A DNA stretch of 64,000 bases from an uncultured bacterium. Its GTDB lineage: Bacteria > Chloroflexota > UBA5177 > JANWHV01. Below, piece after piece: positions 9,237-19,085 of this stretch. Position 1 is the first letter of the stretch, and each line of letters starts with the position of its first letter. The notes beneath the pieces were generated by a model. It was not told the DNA's origin. It ran no database searches and worked only from the letters and a program-made list of their open reading frames with translations. The translations under genes were made by a program, and so were the position numbers. The DNA lies in the NCBI GenBank assembly GCA_963827235.1, contig CAWHAE010000017.1:1-64000 (forward strand), read 5' to 3'.

Positions 9237-11012
9237 ATGCTGGTCCTGCTGCTGTATGCCGTACTGGCCGGCGCGGCCACGGTATGCTCCCCGTGTATTC
9301 TGCCCGTGCTCCCCATCGTGCTCTCGTCCTCGGTGGGCGCCGACCGTCGCCGGCCGTTTGGCGTGATTGCCGGGCTCATCTTGAGCTTCGTCGTCGCCAC
9401 TCTTGCCGTCACCACCCTCGTCGCTCGGCTCCACATACCGGCCGATGCGCTGCGGGACATCGGCATCGCCATCGTGGCCCTGGCCGGGCTCAGCCTGCTG
9501 CTGCCGGAAGTGCTCCTCACGCTGGAGCTGGCGTTGGGCCGGGTAGCACGCCTGGGCGCGCGGTTGCGGGAGGAGCCACGCCGCGGTTTTGGCGGCGGGT
9601 TCATGCTGGGCATCGGACTGGGTCTGGTCTGGACCCCGTGCGCCGGGCCGATCCTTGCCACCGTGGTGGCCCTGGCCGCGACCAACCGCGTCTCTGCCGG
9701 GGCAACCACCGTGGTGATCGCCTATGCGGCCGGGGCAGGTATCCCCATGCTGTGCATCGCCTACGGAGGACGATGGATCGTGGCCAGCTTGCGGCGTGTC
9801 TCTCGCTACGGCGGGATCGTGCAGCGGGCTTTCGGCGTCGTCGTGCTGCTCGTCGCCCTGGCGCTGGCAACGGGAGGCGATCGCCGCTTCCAGGTCTGGG
9901 CCAGTGGCGCCTTCCCCGGCGGCTGGAATACGCCATTCACGCCCGTCGAGACGAGCGCTCCCGTGCACCAGGCTCTCAATACCCTGCGCGGCGCGCCCAC
10001 TCGCACGGCGGCGGCTTCCGGCGCTGCCAGCACATCCCAGGCGGATGCTGCCCTGGGCTTGCAAGACCTGGGACCTGCACCCGCTTTCACTGGTATTACA
10101 CACTGGTTCAACACGCCGCACCCGCTAACCATTGCGGGATTGCGCGGCAAGGTCGTGCTGGTAGACTTCTGGACGTATTCCTGCATCAACTGCCTGCGCA
10201 CCCTGCCCCATGTAAAGGACTGGTATACCCGCTACCGGGGCGATGGGCTCGAGGTGATCGGCGTGCACAGCCCCGAGTTTCCCTTCGAGGCCGTCCCTGC
10301 CAACGTGGCATCGGCTATCCACCAGTGGGATATCAGCTACCCGGTGGCGCTCGACCCAGCCTACGGCACCTGGAACGCCTACAACAACCAGTACTGGCCG
10401 GCCGAGTACCTCATCGATGCCCAGGGCGCCATCCGATACACGAGCTTTGGCGAGGGCGATTACGGTCGAACCGAACAGGTCATCCGGCAACTGCTGGCCG
10501 ACGCGCGTCACGCCGTGCAGGTGGCCGCGGGGGACGTACCCGATATGACGCCGGCGTACGCGATGACGCCCGAGACCTACGTGGGCAGCGATCGGATAGG
10601 CAACTTCGCCTCGCCCGAGAGCCTGAAGCCGGGGACGGCAGAGGACTTCACGGTACCACCCAGCCTGTTGCCCGACCAGTTTGCCTTTTCCGGACGCTGG
10701 CGCGTGGATGCACAGTCCGCCACCGCCCTGCGCGCCGGCGACAGTCTGGAGTTCACGGTCACCGCCGCGAAGGTCTTCGTGATTTTCGCGCCACGCGGCA
10801 ACGGCACCGGCGACCGGGTGCAGGTCTTCCTGGATGGCAAGCCGGCAGCAGCGGGGCGGAATGCCGGCGGCGACGTACACGGCGGCGCGGTGACGGTGAG
10901 CATGGACAACCTCTACAACGTGGTGGATCTCCACGGCATGGTGGGAACGCATCGCCTGCGGTTGGTGTTCCAGACTGCCGGCACGCAGGTGTATTCGTTT
11001 ACCTTTGGCTAA
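9237..11012 (+). CDS. dipZ: DipZ-like cytochrome c biogenesis protein (CcdA/DsbD membrane domain + thioredoxin + C-terminal beta domain)
   Basis: SPCILPVLP, WTPCAGPIL, VVLVDFWTYSCINC, GVHSPEF, NQYWPAEYLID, TPETYVG. Confidence 0.92.
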   Translation: MLVLLLYAVLAGAATVCSPCILPVLPIVLSSSVGADRRRPFGVIAGLILSFVVATLAVTTLVARLHIPADALRDIGIAIVALAGLSLLLPEVLLTLELALGRVARLGARLREEPRRGFGGGFMLGIGLGLVWTPCAGPILATVVALAATNRVSAGATTVVIAYAAGAGIPMLCIAYGGRWIVASLRRVSRYGGIVQRAFGVVVLLVALALATGGDRRFQVWASGAFPGGWNTPFTPVETSAPVHQALNTLRGAPTRTAAASGAASTSQADAALGLQDLGPAPAFTGITHWFNTPHPLTIAGLRGKVVLVDFWTYSCINCLRTLPHVKDWYTRYRGDGLEVIGVHSPEFPFEAVPANVASAIHQWDISYPVALDPAYGTWNAYNNQYWPAEYLIDAQGAIRYTSFGEGDYGRTEQVIRQLLADARHAVQVAAGDVPDMTPAYAMTPETYVGSDRIGNFASPESLKPGTAEDFTVPPSLLPDQFAFSGRWRVDAQSATALRAGDSLEFTVTAAKVFVIFAPRGNGTGDRVQVFLDGKPAAAGRNAGGDVHGGAVTVSMDNLYNVVDLHGMVGTHRLRLVFQTAGTQVYSFTFG

Positions 11013-11016
11013 GCGC

Positions 11017-11661
11017 CTACCAGTTGTCCCAGTGCACCATCGTGTCCAGCGGCGTGCGTGGGCCCGGTCTGAAGGCCGTCCCAATGGCGTAGGCCACTGG
11101 GATCAGAGCCACCTGCATGACTTCAGCGAAGGGGATGCCGAGCACGCCGGCCGCCGCCTTCTCGCCGTGAAGATGCAGCGTGGTCCAGGCGGTGCCGAGT
11201 CCGCGCGCCCGGGCCGCCAGCATGAAGCTCCAGGCAGCGGGAATAATCGACGCATAGGTGCTGGCCTGAGCTTCTGCCGGCTCGCCTTCCGTGCGTCCGC
11301 GGATGCAGGGAAGGACAAGGACCGGCACTTGGTGCATGTGATCGGCGAGGTACTGGGCCGAGCTTCGAACCCTGTGCCACGCGGCCAGCCGGGATGGATC
11401 GACGCCGGTGGGCGGCAGCGACTCGGCCGCATACCGTGCAAAGCCTACCCGGTAGATCTCGGCGAGCGCGGCCCGCTTCGCCGCATTGGTCACGACCATG
11501 AAGTGCCACGGCTGGCTGTTTGAGCCCGAAGGCGCCTGTTGGGCCAGCGCGAGGCACTCTTCCAGCAGCTCACGTGGCACCGGCCGCGTCAGGTCGAGGC
11601 GCTTGCGCACGGCACGAGTGGTCGACAGCAATTCATCCGGGGTCAAGGGCAGCGTGCTCAC
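11017..11661 (-). CDS. Nitroreductase family protein
   Basis: TTRAVRKRLDL, QAPSGSNSQPWHF, FMLAARARGLGTAWTT. Confidence 0.9.
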   Translation of the reverse strand: MSTLPLTPDELLSTTRAVRKRLDLTRPVPRELLEECLALAQQAPSGSNSQPWHFMVVTNAAKRAALAEIYRVGFARYAAESLPPTGVDPSRLAAWHRVRSSAQYLADHMHQVPVLVLPCIRGRTEGEPAEAQASTYASIIPAAWSFMLAARARGLGTAWTTLHLHGEKAAAGVLGIPFAEVMQVALIPVAYAIGTAFRPGPRTPLDTMVHWDNW

Positions 11662-11689
11662 TGTTCCACCTTCCTGCGTTCTCCCGTAC

Positions 11690-12790
11690 TTATTGTGAAC
11701 AACCACGACCGGCGACCGGCCACACGCCTACCACGATGCCACCCCGCGTCACATAGTAGGAATCGTGGAGATTGACCGTCGGGTCGCAGTGGCTGGGAAT
11801 GAGCGATACGCGTGCTCCGATGCTCAATGTGCCTCCCTGCTCGAACGTCAGCAAGCCAAATTCGTCGCCGAATGGGGTGTAGCTGGTTCCCGCGTCGATT
11901 GGGCGGGCCGGCCCCGAATCGGTGGTGAGCGACTTCAGCCCCGCGTCGACCACCACGCCGTTGTCTCGCACGCTGATCACGGACGCCAGAACGGTGAGCG
12001 CGTACTCGAACTGCAGACCTTGCACGCGACCGTAGTCCGTATCCATGAAGAGATAGGAACCCGGCTGCACCTCGGTCACGCGATCCCATTGCGCGGCAGG
12101 CTCGCAGGTGCCGGTTCCAGCTGTGCTCACAATCTCGATGTTCAAGCCGTTCGCGCGCAGCAGATCGACGGTGTCGGAAAGGAGGCGCATCGCCGCTCCA
12201 TTCGAGGCCCTGCGCTCCGCGACATCGACGACGTGCTGGGCGTGCCCCTCGTAGCCCTGCACGCCGATCAGGTTGAGTCCGGGCATGCGAGCAACCTGCA
12301 GGCCCAGCGCCAGGGCAGGCTCACCCGACGCGACCCCGGTACGATTTGTGCCCACGTCGATGTCGAGAAGGCAATCCACCCGCAGGCCCGCGGCGGCCGC
12401 GGCATCTGAAATCTGTCCGGCAGGGTCCGCATTGTCGACTACCGTGGTCACCCGCGCGTACTTCGCCAGGCCAAGCAGCCGCCGGATCTTCGATTGCCCG
12501 ACGACCTCGGTGGTGATCAGAATGTCAGCGATGCCCGCGGCGGCCATCACTTCTGCCTCGCCGAGCTTCGCACAGCAGATACCCACGGCGCCGCGCTGCA
12601 TCTGCATCTTGGCCAGGGCAGGCGATTTGTGCGTCTTGGCATGGGGACGCAGTCGCACCGAGCCACCGGCAAAGGCGCGCGCCATGGCGTCGAGATTGCG
12701 CTCCACTTTGTCCAGGTCAACGAGAAGACACGGGGTGTCCAGCGCCTCCACCGGCGCGCCAATAGCGTGCGAATCGGGCACCATGCTCAT
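11690..12790 (-). CDS. DSD1/D-threonine aldolase-like PLP enzyme (alanine racemase fold)
   Basis: LDTPCLLVD, RPHAKTHK, QGYEGH, QPGSYLFMD, IPSHCDPTVNLHD. Confidence 0.92.
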   Translation of the reverse strand: MSMVPDSHAIGAPVEALDTPCLLVDLDKVERNLDAMARAFAGGSVRLRPHAKTHKSPALAKMQMQRGAVGICCAKLGEAEVMAAAGIADILITTEVVGQSKIRRLLGLAKYARVTTVVDNADPAGQISDAAAAAGLRVDCLLDIDVGTNRTGVASGEPALALGLQVARMPGLNLIGVQGYEGHAQHVVDVAERRASNGAAMRLLSDTVDLLRANGLNIEIVSTAGTGTCEPAAQWDRVTEVQPGSYLFMDTDYGRVQGLQFEYALTVLASVISVRDNGVVVDAGLKSLTTDSGPARPIDAGTSYTPFGDEFGLLTFEQGGTLSIGARVSLIPSHCDPTVNLHDSYYVTRGGIVVGVWPVAGRGCSQ

Positions 12791-13079
12791 CCCTGCTCCC
12801 TCTTTGTTGCCGTGTATGCGCTTTCACGCCATGGCCTGGAAACGTACAGAGCTCGCCAAGGCTCTCAATCATAGGATAGACGAGCGACGCGGTGTATCCA
12901 ACACATGTTGCCGCAGTTGGCCTGGCGGCGAAGGCGGTCTGAAGACCGGGGCTCGGCGGTGACATGAGGCTCTCCGAGCTAACGCGCTGAATATCAGGGG
13001 TGTCGCGAGCTTATCGGATGCACCAGAAAGTGCGTGGTCCGTGGCTTGTCACAGGGCAAGAGCACCGAATGCAGTTTGC

Positions 13080-13136
13080 TTGACCGGCTAAGATCGCGGT
13101 GCTAGTGTAGAAGTAGACCGTAGGAAAAGGCTTACA
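13080..13136 (+). promoter_or_regulatory. Promoter of the creatininase/ABC operon with a LacI-type operator candidate
   Basis: TTGACC (13080), 17-bp spacer ending TGc, TAGTGT (13103). GGAAAAGGCTTACA at 13123-13136 resembles LacI-family operators. Confidence 0.5.
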
Positions 13137-13141
13137 CGAGG

Positions 13142-13981
13142 GTGCTGAATGTGGAGACGAAGGTCCGCTACGAACTGATGACTCCAGGCGAGATCGTGGC
13201 CGCCCGGGAGCGCTGCCCCGTGGTCTATCTGCCGCTGGGCCCGATGGAATGGCACGGTCCCCATCTGCCCATTGGCACCGACGCCCTCGTCGCACACCAC
13301 CTGGCGGTCCGCGTGGCCGGCATCGTAGGCGGCCTGGTGATGCCCGCGCTCTTCGCGGGCACCGATTCACTGAGGCCGCCGGGCAGTGAAGCCGGCGGAG
13401 TGCAGGCGCTCGGCTTTACGGGCAGCGAGCGCATTGTCGGCATGGATTTCCCTGGGTTTCCTGTGAAGAGCCTGTACTTTGAGGAGTCGGTGCTGGGAAT
13501 CACCGTGCGCGAGTTCGTCCGGCGATTGAAGGCCGAGCCGTACAGGCTGATCGTGCTGGCCAATTTCCACGGGGCGGGCAATCACAAGCACACGCTCGAG
13601 CGCATCGCGCTGGAGGAGACCGACGAGCCCCGCGTTCGCGTGATCCTGCCGACTTTGGGAGACCGCCCACGCTCACCGGACATGGACCCCGGCCATGCCG
13701 AAAAGTGGGAAACGGAGATGGTCATGGCGCTGGAGGAACCCAATGTGCGCCTCAACGCCTTACCCCCGGCGGAGCAGCCGCTCCCATATGCGCAATTCGG
13801 CATCGTCGAGGGTCGTACCTTCGCCGGCAATCCACCACCGGATTTCGTCCTGTCCAGGAACGCCGATCCCCGGCTCGCGGACCGCGCGGAGGGGATCAGC
13901 CTGGTAGCGGGGGTGGTCGAGTTCATCGCCAAGGTGGTCTCCGACAACCTGAACGAGGTACTGGCGCAACGTCCAAGCTGA
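13142..13981 (+). CDS. Creatininase/amidohydrolase family protein
   Basis: LPLGPMEWHGPHLPIGTD, NFHGAGN, GHAEKWET. Confidence 0.9.
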   Translation: MLNVETKVRYELMTPGEIVAARERCPVVYLPLGPMEWHGPHLPIGTDALVAHHLAVRVAGIVGGLVMPALFAGTDSLRPPGSEAGGVQALGFTGSERIVGMDFPGFPVKSLYFEESVLGITVREFVRRLKAEPYRLIVLANFHGAGNHKHTLERIALEETDEPRVRVILPTLGDRPRSPDMDPGHAEKWETEMVMALEEPNVRLNALPPAEQPLPYAQFGIVEGRTFAGNPPPDFVLSRNADPRLADRAEGISLVAGVVEFIAKVVSDNLNEVLAQRPS

Positions 13982-14190
13982 ACCCCTGACTTGACGACCT
14001 GATACTCAGCCACGTTAGTCGTTGACCGGGAACCGCGGTTTTCTGGCGAGATGCCATCGCAACTGGATACGGCTTTGCCCCGCGTGCAAAGCAAGCCGTC
14101 CTATGACTGTGGGCTTGGGGCGGGGTGTGGCCCGCCTTTCCGCTGCGTAGTGTGCACCGTTCGGCGTGCACCAATAGTGGAGGTGTAGGC

Positions 14191-15795
14191 ATGTTCGTTC
14201 GACGCGCGCGACTGATTCCCGATGGTGGGATGACCCGCCAGCAGTTCCTGCGCCTGACCGGCGCGGGCGCGGCGGCCATCGCCGCGGCAGGGTCGCCAGC
14301 CCTTGCCCGCGCTGCCGGCCGCGCGAGTGCAACGCCCGTGCGCGGCGGCTCCATCCGGCTCGGCGACACGTTCGACGTGACGACCTTCAAGCCCTACCTG
14401 GTCGGCGACAACGTGACGATCTGGCTGCTGCCGCTGATTTACGATACCTTGACCCGAGCCACGCCCGATGGGCTGAGCGTCGAGGGAAGCTTGGCCCAAT
14501 CGTGGGAAACCTCGCCGGACGGCAAGACCTACACCTTCCGTCTGCGGCGCGGCATCACGTTCCATGACGGCAGCCCGCTGACCGCGGAGGACGTGAAGTT
14601 TGCCATCGACCAGGTGGTATTTGCCAAGGACTCGCAGTGGAACTTCCTGTTCGGGGCGTTCAAGAGCATGGACGTGGTGGATCCCTACACGGTGCGGGCG
14701 CATCTCTCCATGCCCCACGCGGCATTCCTCGCCGACATGGCGCTGTTCGCCACGGCCATTTACCCCAAGAAGCTCTATGGGAGCCAGTTGTGGTCCCATC
14801 CCATCGGCACCGGCCCCTTCAAGTTCGTCTCCTGGAGCAAGGGCAGCGAGGTGGTGCTGGCACGCAACCCCTACTTCTGGCGGAAGAATGGGCAGCCATA
14901 TATCGATACCTATCACCACCTTTCGGTGCCGGATTCGAATACCCGTGCCCTGCAGGTGCAAAGCGGCGAGACGGACATTGCCCTCTACGTCAGCCCGGCC
15001 ATCGCCAAGTCGCTGCAAGGGAACCCCAGCGTAAACGTGCACGTGAGTCCGTTCATGGAAACGATCTTCGTCTCCATGAACATCTCGCTGAGCAACCCAC
15101 CGCTCAACAACAAACTGGTGCGGCAGGCGCTGAACTATGCCGTGAACAAGGATGTGATCGTGCAGAAGATCTTGTTCGGTTACGGCCGGGCATGGGGCCA
15201 GGGCCTGCAGCCGATGTTCGGCGCAGATCCGTCGATCAAGCCCTACGCCTACGATCCAACCCGGGCGAAGGCGCTGCTCAAGCAGGCAGGCTTTGCCCAG
15301 GGCTTCTCGTGCGAATGTCTGGTCGACAACTCCAGGCCGACCGATGCGCAGGTGATCACGCTGATCCAGCAACAGCTGGCCCAGATCGGCGTCAAGGTGA
15401 GCATCCGGCTTATCTCGCCATCGGCGATGGGCAACATCCTGCAAGGCAACCCGCCTTTCAAGTATCAGATGCGGGTCAACGTCTCGTCCTCGGACATCAT
15501 CGACCCGGACGAGCAGGTTAATTACATGCTGAATGGCGAAGGTGGCCAGTTCGCCATCTTCACGACCTACAACAACAAGCAGGTCAACGCGCTTCTGCAG
15601 CAGGCCGGGGAGTCGCAGGACAGGGCAACGCGCCAGAAGCTCTACTATCACGCGAACGGCATCTTCCACGACGATGCGCCGTTCATCTTCCTGTACTCGG
15701 ACGACAACGTGACCCTGACCAGCCCCAAGGTGCAGGGCTTCAATCCGCAGCCGATCGGCAGCTTCAGGATGGAAGAGGTGTGGCTGCAGCCGTAG
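14191..15795 (+). CDS. ABC transporter substrate-binding protein, family 5 (Dpp/Opp-like), with a Tat-like leader
   Basis: MTRQQFLRLTGAG leader; LAQSWETSPDGKTYTFRLRRGITFHDG, PIGTGPFKF, VRQALNYAVN. Confidence 0.92.
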   Translation: MFVRRARLIPDGGMTRQQFLRLTGAGAAAIAAAGSPALARAAGRASATPVRGGSIRLGDTFDVTTFKPYLVGDNVTIWLLPLIYDTLTRATPDGLSVEGSLAQSWETSPDGKTYTFRLRRGITFHDGSPLTAEDVKFAIDQVVFAKDSQWNFLFGAFKSMDVVDPYTVRAHLSMPHAAFLADMALFATAIYPKKLYGSQLWSHPIGTGPFKFVSWSKGSEVVLARNPYFWRKNGQPYIDTYHHLSVPDSNTRALQVQSGETDIALYVSPAIAKSLQGNPSVNVHVSPFMETIFVSMNISLSNPPLNNKLVRQALNYAVNKDVIVQKILFGYGRAWGQGLQPMFGADPSIKPYAYDPTRAKALLKQAGFAQGFSCECLVDNSRPTDAQVITLIQQQLAQIGVKVSIRLISPSAMGNILQGNPPFKYQMRVNVSSSDIIDPDEQVNYMLNGEGGQFAIFTTYNNKQVNALLQQAGESQDRATRQKLYYHANGIFHDDAPFIFLYSDDNVTLTSPKVQGFNPQPIGSFRMEEVWLQP

Positions 15796-15838
15796 GTAGG
15801 CAAGCGAACCCCAACGGTACGGGAGAGATAGTGGCGAC

Positions 15839-16774
15839 ATGACGCCGTATCTGCTGCGTCGCCTGCTCCAGATGATCCCGATCACTCTGGGGCTGGCGAC
15901 GCTGATCTTCGTCCTGATCCACCTGTCTCCGGGCGACCCGGCACGCTTGATGCTGGGACCGCGGGCGACACCCGAGCAGTTGGCCAGGCTGCGCCAATAC
16001 ATGCACGAGAACGATCCGCTCTGGACCCAGTTCGTCGCCTACATCGCCCACCTGGCACAGGGTGATCTCGGCACTTCCATCTATTTTCAGTCGCCGGTGA
16101 CTGATCTGCTGGGCAGCCGGCTGCCGACGACGCTGCTGCTGGCGCTCTGCAGCATCGTGCTGAGCGTGGTCGTGGCGCTACCCCTGGCGGTGCTGTCGGC
16201 GACCCATCGCGGCGGCCCAATCGATCAGGGCATCCGAGTGCTTACGCTGATCGGGTTCGCTATGCCGTCCTATTGGCTGGCTCTGCTGCTGATGCTGCTC
16301 TTCGGTCTGAAGCTGCGCCTGCTGCCGATAGCCGGTTACGGGACCGGGCTCGGCGATCACCTGTTCCACCTGATCATGCCGTCCGCGGTGATCGCCTTCT
16401 CCGTCTTTCCGCTCCTGGTACGCACCCTGCGCATCGGCGTGCTGGAGGTGCAACGGCAGGACTACGTGCGCACGGCCCGGGCCAAGGGGCTGCCCGGCAG
16501 GATTGTGCTGTACAAACACGTGCTGCGCAACGCCCTGCTGCCCACGATCACCGTGGTGGGACTCAACCTGGGCGCATTGCTGGGCGGCACGGTGATTATC
16601 GAATCGGTGTTTGCCCTGCCGGGCGTGGGCTACTTGCTGACCAGCTCCGTCAACAACCGCGACTATCCGGCCGTGCAGGGCGCGGCGCTGGTCCTGGCCC
16701 TTCTGTTCGTGCTGGTCAATCTGCTGGCGGATGTGACCTACTCGCTCGTCGACCCGCGAATCAGGCGGGGCTGA
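15839..16774 (+). CDS. ABC transporter permease (DppB-like)
   Basis: PGDPARLMLG, QGDLGTS, DYVRTARAKGL, HVLRNALLP, RDYPAVQG. Confidence 0.93.
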   Translation: MTPYLLRRLLQMIPITLGLATLIFVLIHLSPGDPARLMLGPRATPEQLARLRQYMHENDPLWTQFVAYIAHLAQGDLGTSIYFQSPVTDLLGSRLPTTLLLALCSIVLSVVVALPLAVLSATHRGGPIDQGIRVLTLIGFAMPSYWLALLLMLLFGLKLRLLPIAGYGTGLGDHLFHLIMPSAVIAFSVFPLLVRTLRIGVLEVQRQDYVRTARAKGLPGRIVLYKHVLRNALLPTITVVGLNLGALLGGTVIIESVFALPGVGYLLTSSVNNRDYPAVQGAALVLALLFVLVNLLADVTYSLVDPRIRRG

Positions 16775-16776
16775 TC

Positions 16777-17649
16777 ATGGCGAGCGCGCCGCTGCCGGAC
16801 CTGGAAAGGGAACCGCTTGACTCCATGGCCGCGCCGCGGCGACGGCGGCGCCTTCCGCCGTCGCTGGTGGTGGGCGCCACCGTCGTGCTGGCGCTGGCGG
16901 CCGTAGCCGCGTTCGGTCCGCTGTTGGCGCCGTATGACCCCAACAACGGCGACATCATGGCAAACCTGGCGCCGCCGTCGGGCGCACACTTGCTGGGTAC
17001 CGATCTGTATGGCCGCGATGTGCTCACACGCATCATCTACGGCACGCGAATCGCCATTGGGCTGTCCATGGCGGTGGTGCTTGTGGCGCTCGTGGTGGGC
17101 GCTCTCTGCGGGCTGGCGGCAGGCTACTTCGGCGGCGTGGTTGAGACGGTGCTGATGCGCACGGTAGACGTGGTGATCGCCTTCCCCTCCATCGTGCTGG
17201 TGATTGCCGTGCTGGCCGTACTCAACCCCGGCCTGTTCACCATCTTCGTGGCGATCGCCGTCGTCGACTGGACGGCATACGCCCGCCTGATCCACGGGCA
17301 GGTCCTGAGCGCCCGCGAGCGGGAATACGTGGAGGCATGCAGGGCAGTGGGGATGTCCCCGGCGCGGATTATCCTGCGGCACATACTGCCGAACGTGGCC
17401 AGCGCGGCACTCGTCTATGCCACGCTCGACGTCACGCAGGTTATCCTGGCGATCTCCGGCCTCAGCTTCTTGGGACTGGGGGTGCAGCCGCCGACGCCGG
17501 AATGGGGATACATGATCAACGAGGGCCGGCCGCTGATCTATTCGAGCTGGTGGATCAGCACGTTCCCCGGCATCGCGGTGATGATCACCACTCTGGCCTT
17601 TAGTGTGCTGGGAGATGGCCTGGCTAGCGCGCTGGAGGTTCCTGTCTAG
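16777..17649 (+). CDS. ABC transporter permease (DppC-like)
   Basis: HLLGTDLYGRDVLTRIIYG, EYVEACRAVG, HILPN, LSFLGLGVQPPTPEWG. Confidence 0.93.
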   Translation: MASAPLPDLEREPLDSMAAPRRRRRLPPSLVVGATVVLALAAVAAFGPLLAPYDPNNGDIMANLAPPSGAHLLGTDLYGRDVLTRIIYGTRIAIGLSMAVVLVALVVGALCGLAAGYFGGVVETVLMRTVDVVIAFPSIVLVIAVLAVLNPGLFTIFVAIAVVDWTAYARLIHGQVLSAREREYVEACRAVGMSPARIILRHILPNVASAALVYATLDVTQVILAISGLSFLGLGVQPPTPEWGYMINEGRPLIYSSWWISTFPGIAVMITTLAFSVLGDGLASALEVPV

Positions 17650-17820
17650 TGATCTGTGACGAAATGGGCACAAGGCCTGATTCGGCGGAATCATGGCAGC
17701 GCGGCCCACGTCGTGGGTACACCGGCACTGCTGTGCTGATAGATCGAGCGACCGGCGTCGGAGGCCGTGTACCAACCGATCGTCATACCCGTCCCATACT
17801 ACCAGTCTGACGAGAGGTAT

Positions 17821-18873
17821 TCAGGAAGTGCCGGAGCGAGCGGGTCCGCTGGAATCTCGCACGATCAACTCACCCTGCACGGTGATCGTGCGAGGCGGCA
17901 GCCTTCTCTGCAAGATATCCAGCAGGATGCGCACCGCCTGCGTGCCCAGCTCATTGGTGGGCTGGCGCACGGTGGTCAGTTGAGGCTCGAGGTAGGCGGC
18001 GAGTGGAAGATCATCGAATCCGACCACGGAGATATCCGCGGGCACGCGGAGCCGCAGCGCCCGCAGCGCCCGCAAAGCTCCTACCGCGGTCATGTCGTCG
18101 TAACAAAACAGCGCGGTCAGCATGGGGTTGCTCGCGAGCAGACGAAAGGTTGCCAATTCTCCCGGGTTGGGACCCTCACCGAGCTTCTCCACGAGCGCGC
18201 TTTCGAAAGGTATCCCGGCCTGTTTCAGGGCATCACTGTACCCGTCGAGCCGGTTCATGGAGCTGGCGCGGTCGGAGGGACCGATGTACGCGATGTGCCG
18301 GTGGCCCAGGTGCAGGAGGTGTTCCACTGCCAGCTTCCCACCGCGCCAATCGTCGGTGGCGACGAGGTTCGCGCGCGGATGCGCGGGCTCCTCTGCGTCA
18401 TGGCCGTTGGGCAAGAAATGCTCGTTGTTTACGAAAACCAGGGGCACGCGTGTGAAGTGCTGATCATGCAGGACGCCAATGCCGCCGCTGGAGGCGCCGA
18501 CAACAATGCCATCGACACGCTTGTGCCTGAATAGCTCGAGAGCTTGGCGCTCGATCTCGCTGTTCTCGTCGGACGCGGCGATCAGCACGCTGTACTGCTC
18601 CTGCCGAGCGAAGCTCTGAATCGTCTGCACCACCTCGCCCCAGAAAGGATCGGATATCGAGCTTACGAGAACCCCAATCGTGTGCGTGGTGCTCATCGCC
18701 AACCCGCGGGCGAGGGCATTCGGCGTGTAGTCCAGATGGTCGACCGCGGCAAGAACCCGAGCGCGCGCTTCGGGGCTGACGCGCGGACTCTGATGCAGCA
18801 CCCGGGACACAGTAGCCATGGAGAAACCGGCCAGCCGCGCCACGTCCTCGATGGTTGCGTTCTCGCTCTTCAT
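17821..18873 (-). CDS. LacI-family transcriptional regulator
   Basis: ATIEDVARLAGFSMATVSRVL, YTPNALARGL, VPADISVVGFDD. Confidence 0.95.
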   Translation of the reverse strand: MKSENATIEDVARLAGFSMATVSRVLHQSPRVSPEARARVLAAVDHLDYTPNALARGLAMSTTHTIGVLVSSISDPFWGEVVQTIQSFARQEQYSVLIAASDENSEIERQALELFRHKRVDGIVVGASSGGIGVLHDQHFTRVPLVFVNNEHFLPNGHDAEEPAHPRANLVATDDWRGGKLAVEHLLHLGHRHIAYIGPSDRASSMNRLDGYSDALKQAGIPFESALVEKLGEGPNPGELATFRLLASNPMLTALFCYDDMTAVGALRALRALRLRVPADISVVGFDDLPLAAYLEPQLTTVRQPTNELGTQAVRILLDILQRRLPPRTITVQGELIVRDSSGPARSGTS

Positions 18874-19085
18874 CGTGTGTCTGGAAGACATCCCCTTTGA
18901 TGAGCGAATAGCGCCCACGAGTCGACGACGGCAGAAGGCGTAGAGAGTCAGCTTCGAGCCTAGCATACATCAGGAAATCGGTACACGTGCGCATAGTGCG
19001 CCGCGTGTGGGGGGGATGGCACCGATGCACGTGAGGTTGGCGTTGCCGTGGTGCCGGCAGGCGGATCGACTAGAAGGGAATCGTC

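Noticed and set aside
14101-16002. Long alternative-frame ORFs (e.g. 14101-16002, 9185-11092, 33373-35109, 53534-54958)
   Set aside because: High-GC shadow frames overlapping well-supported genes; Arg/Pro-rich with no motifs.
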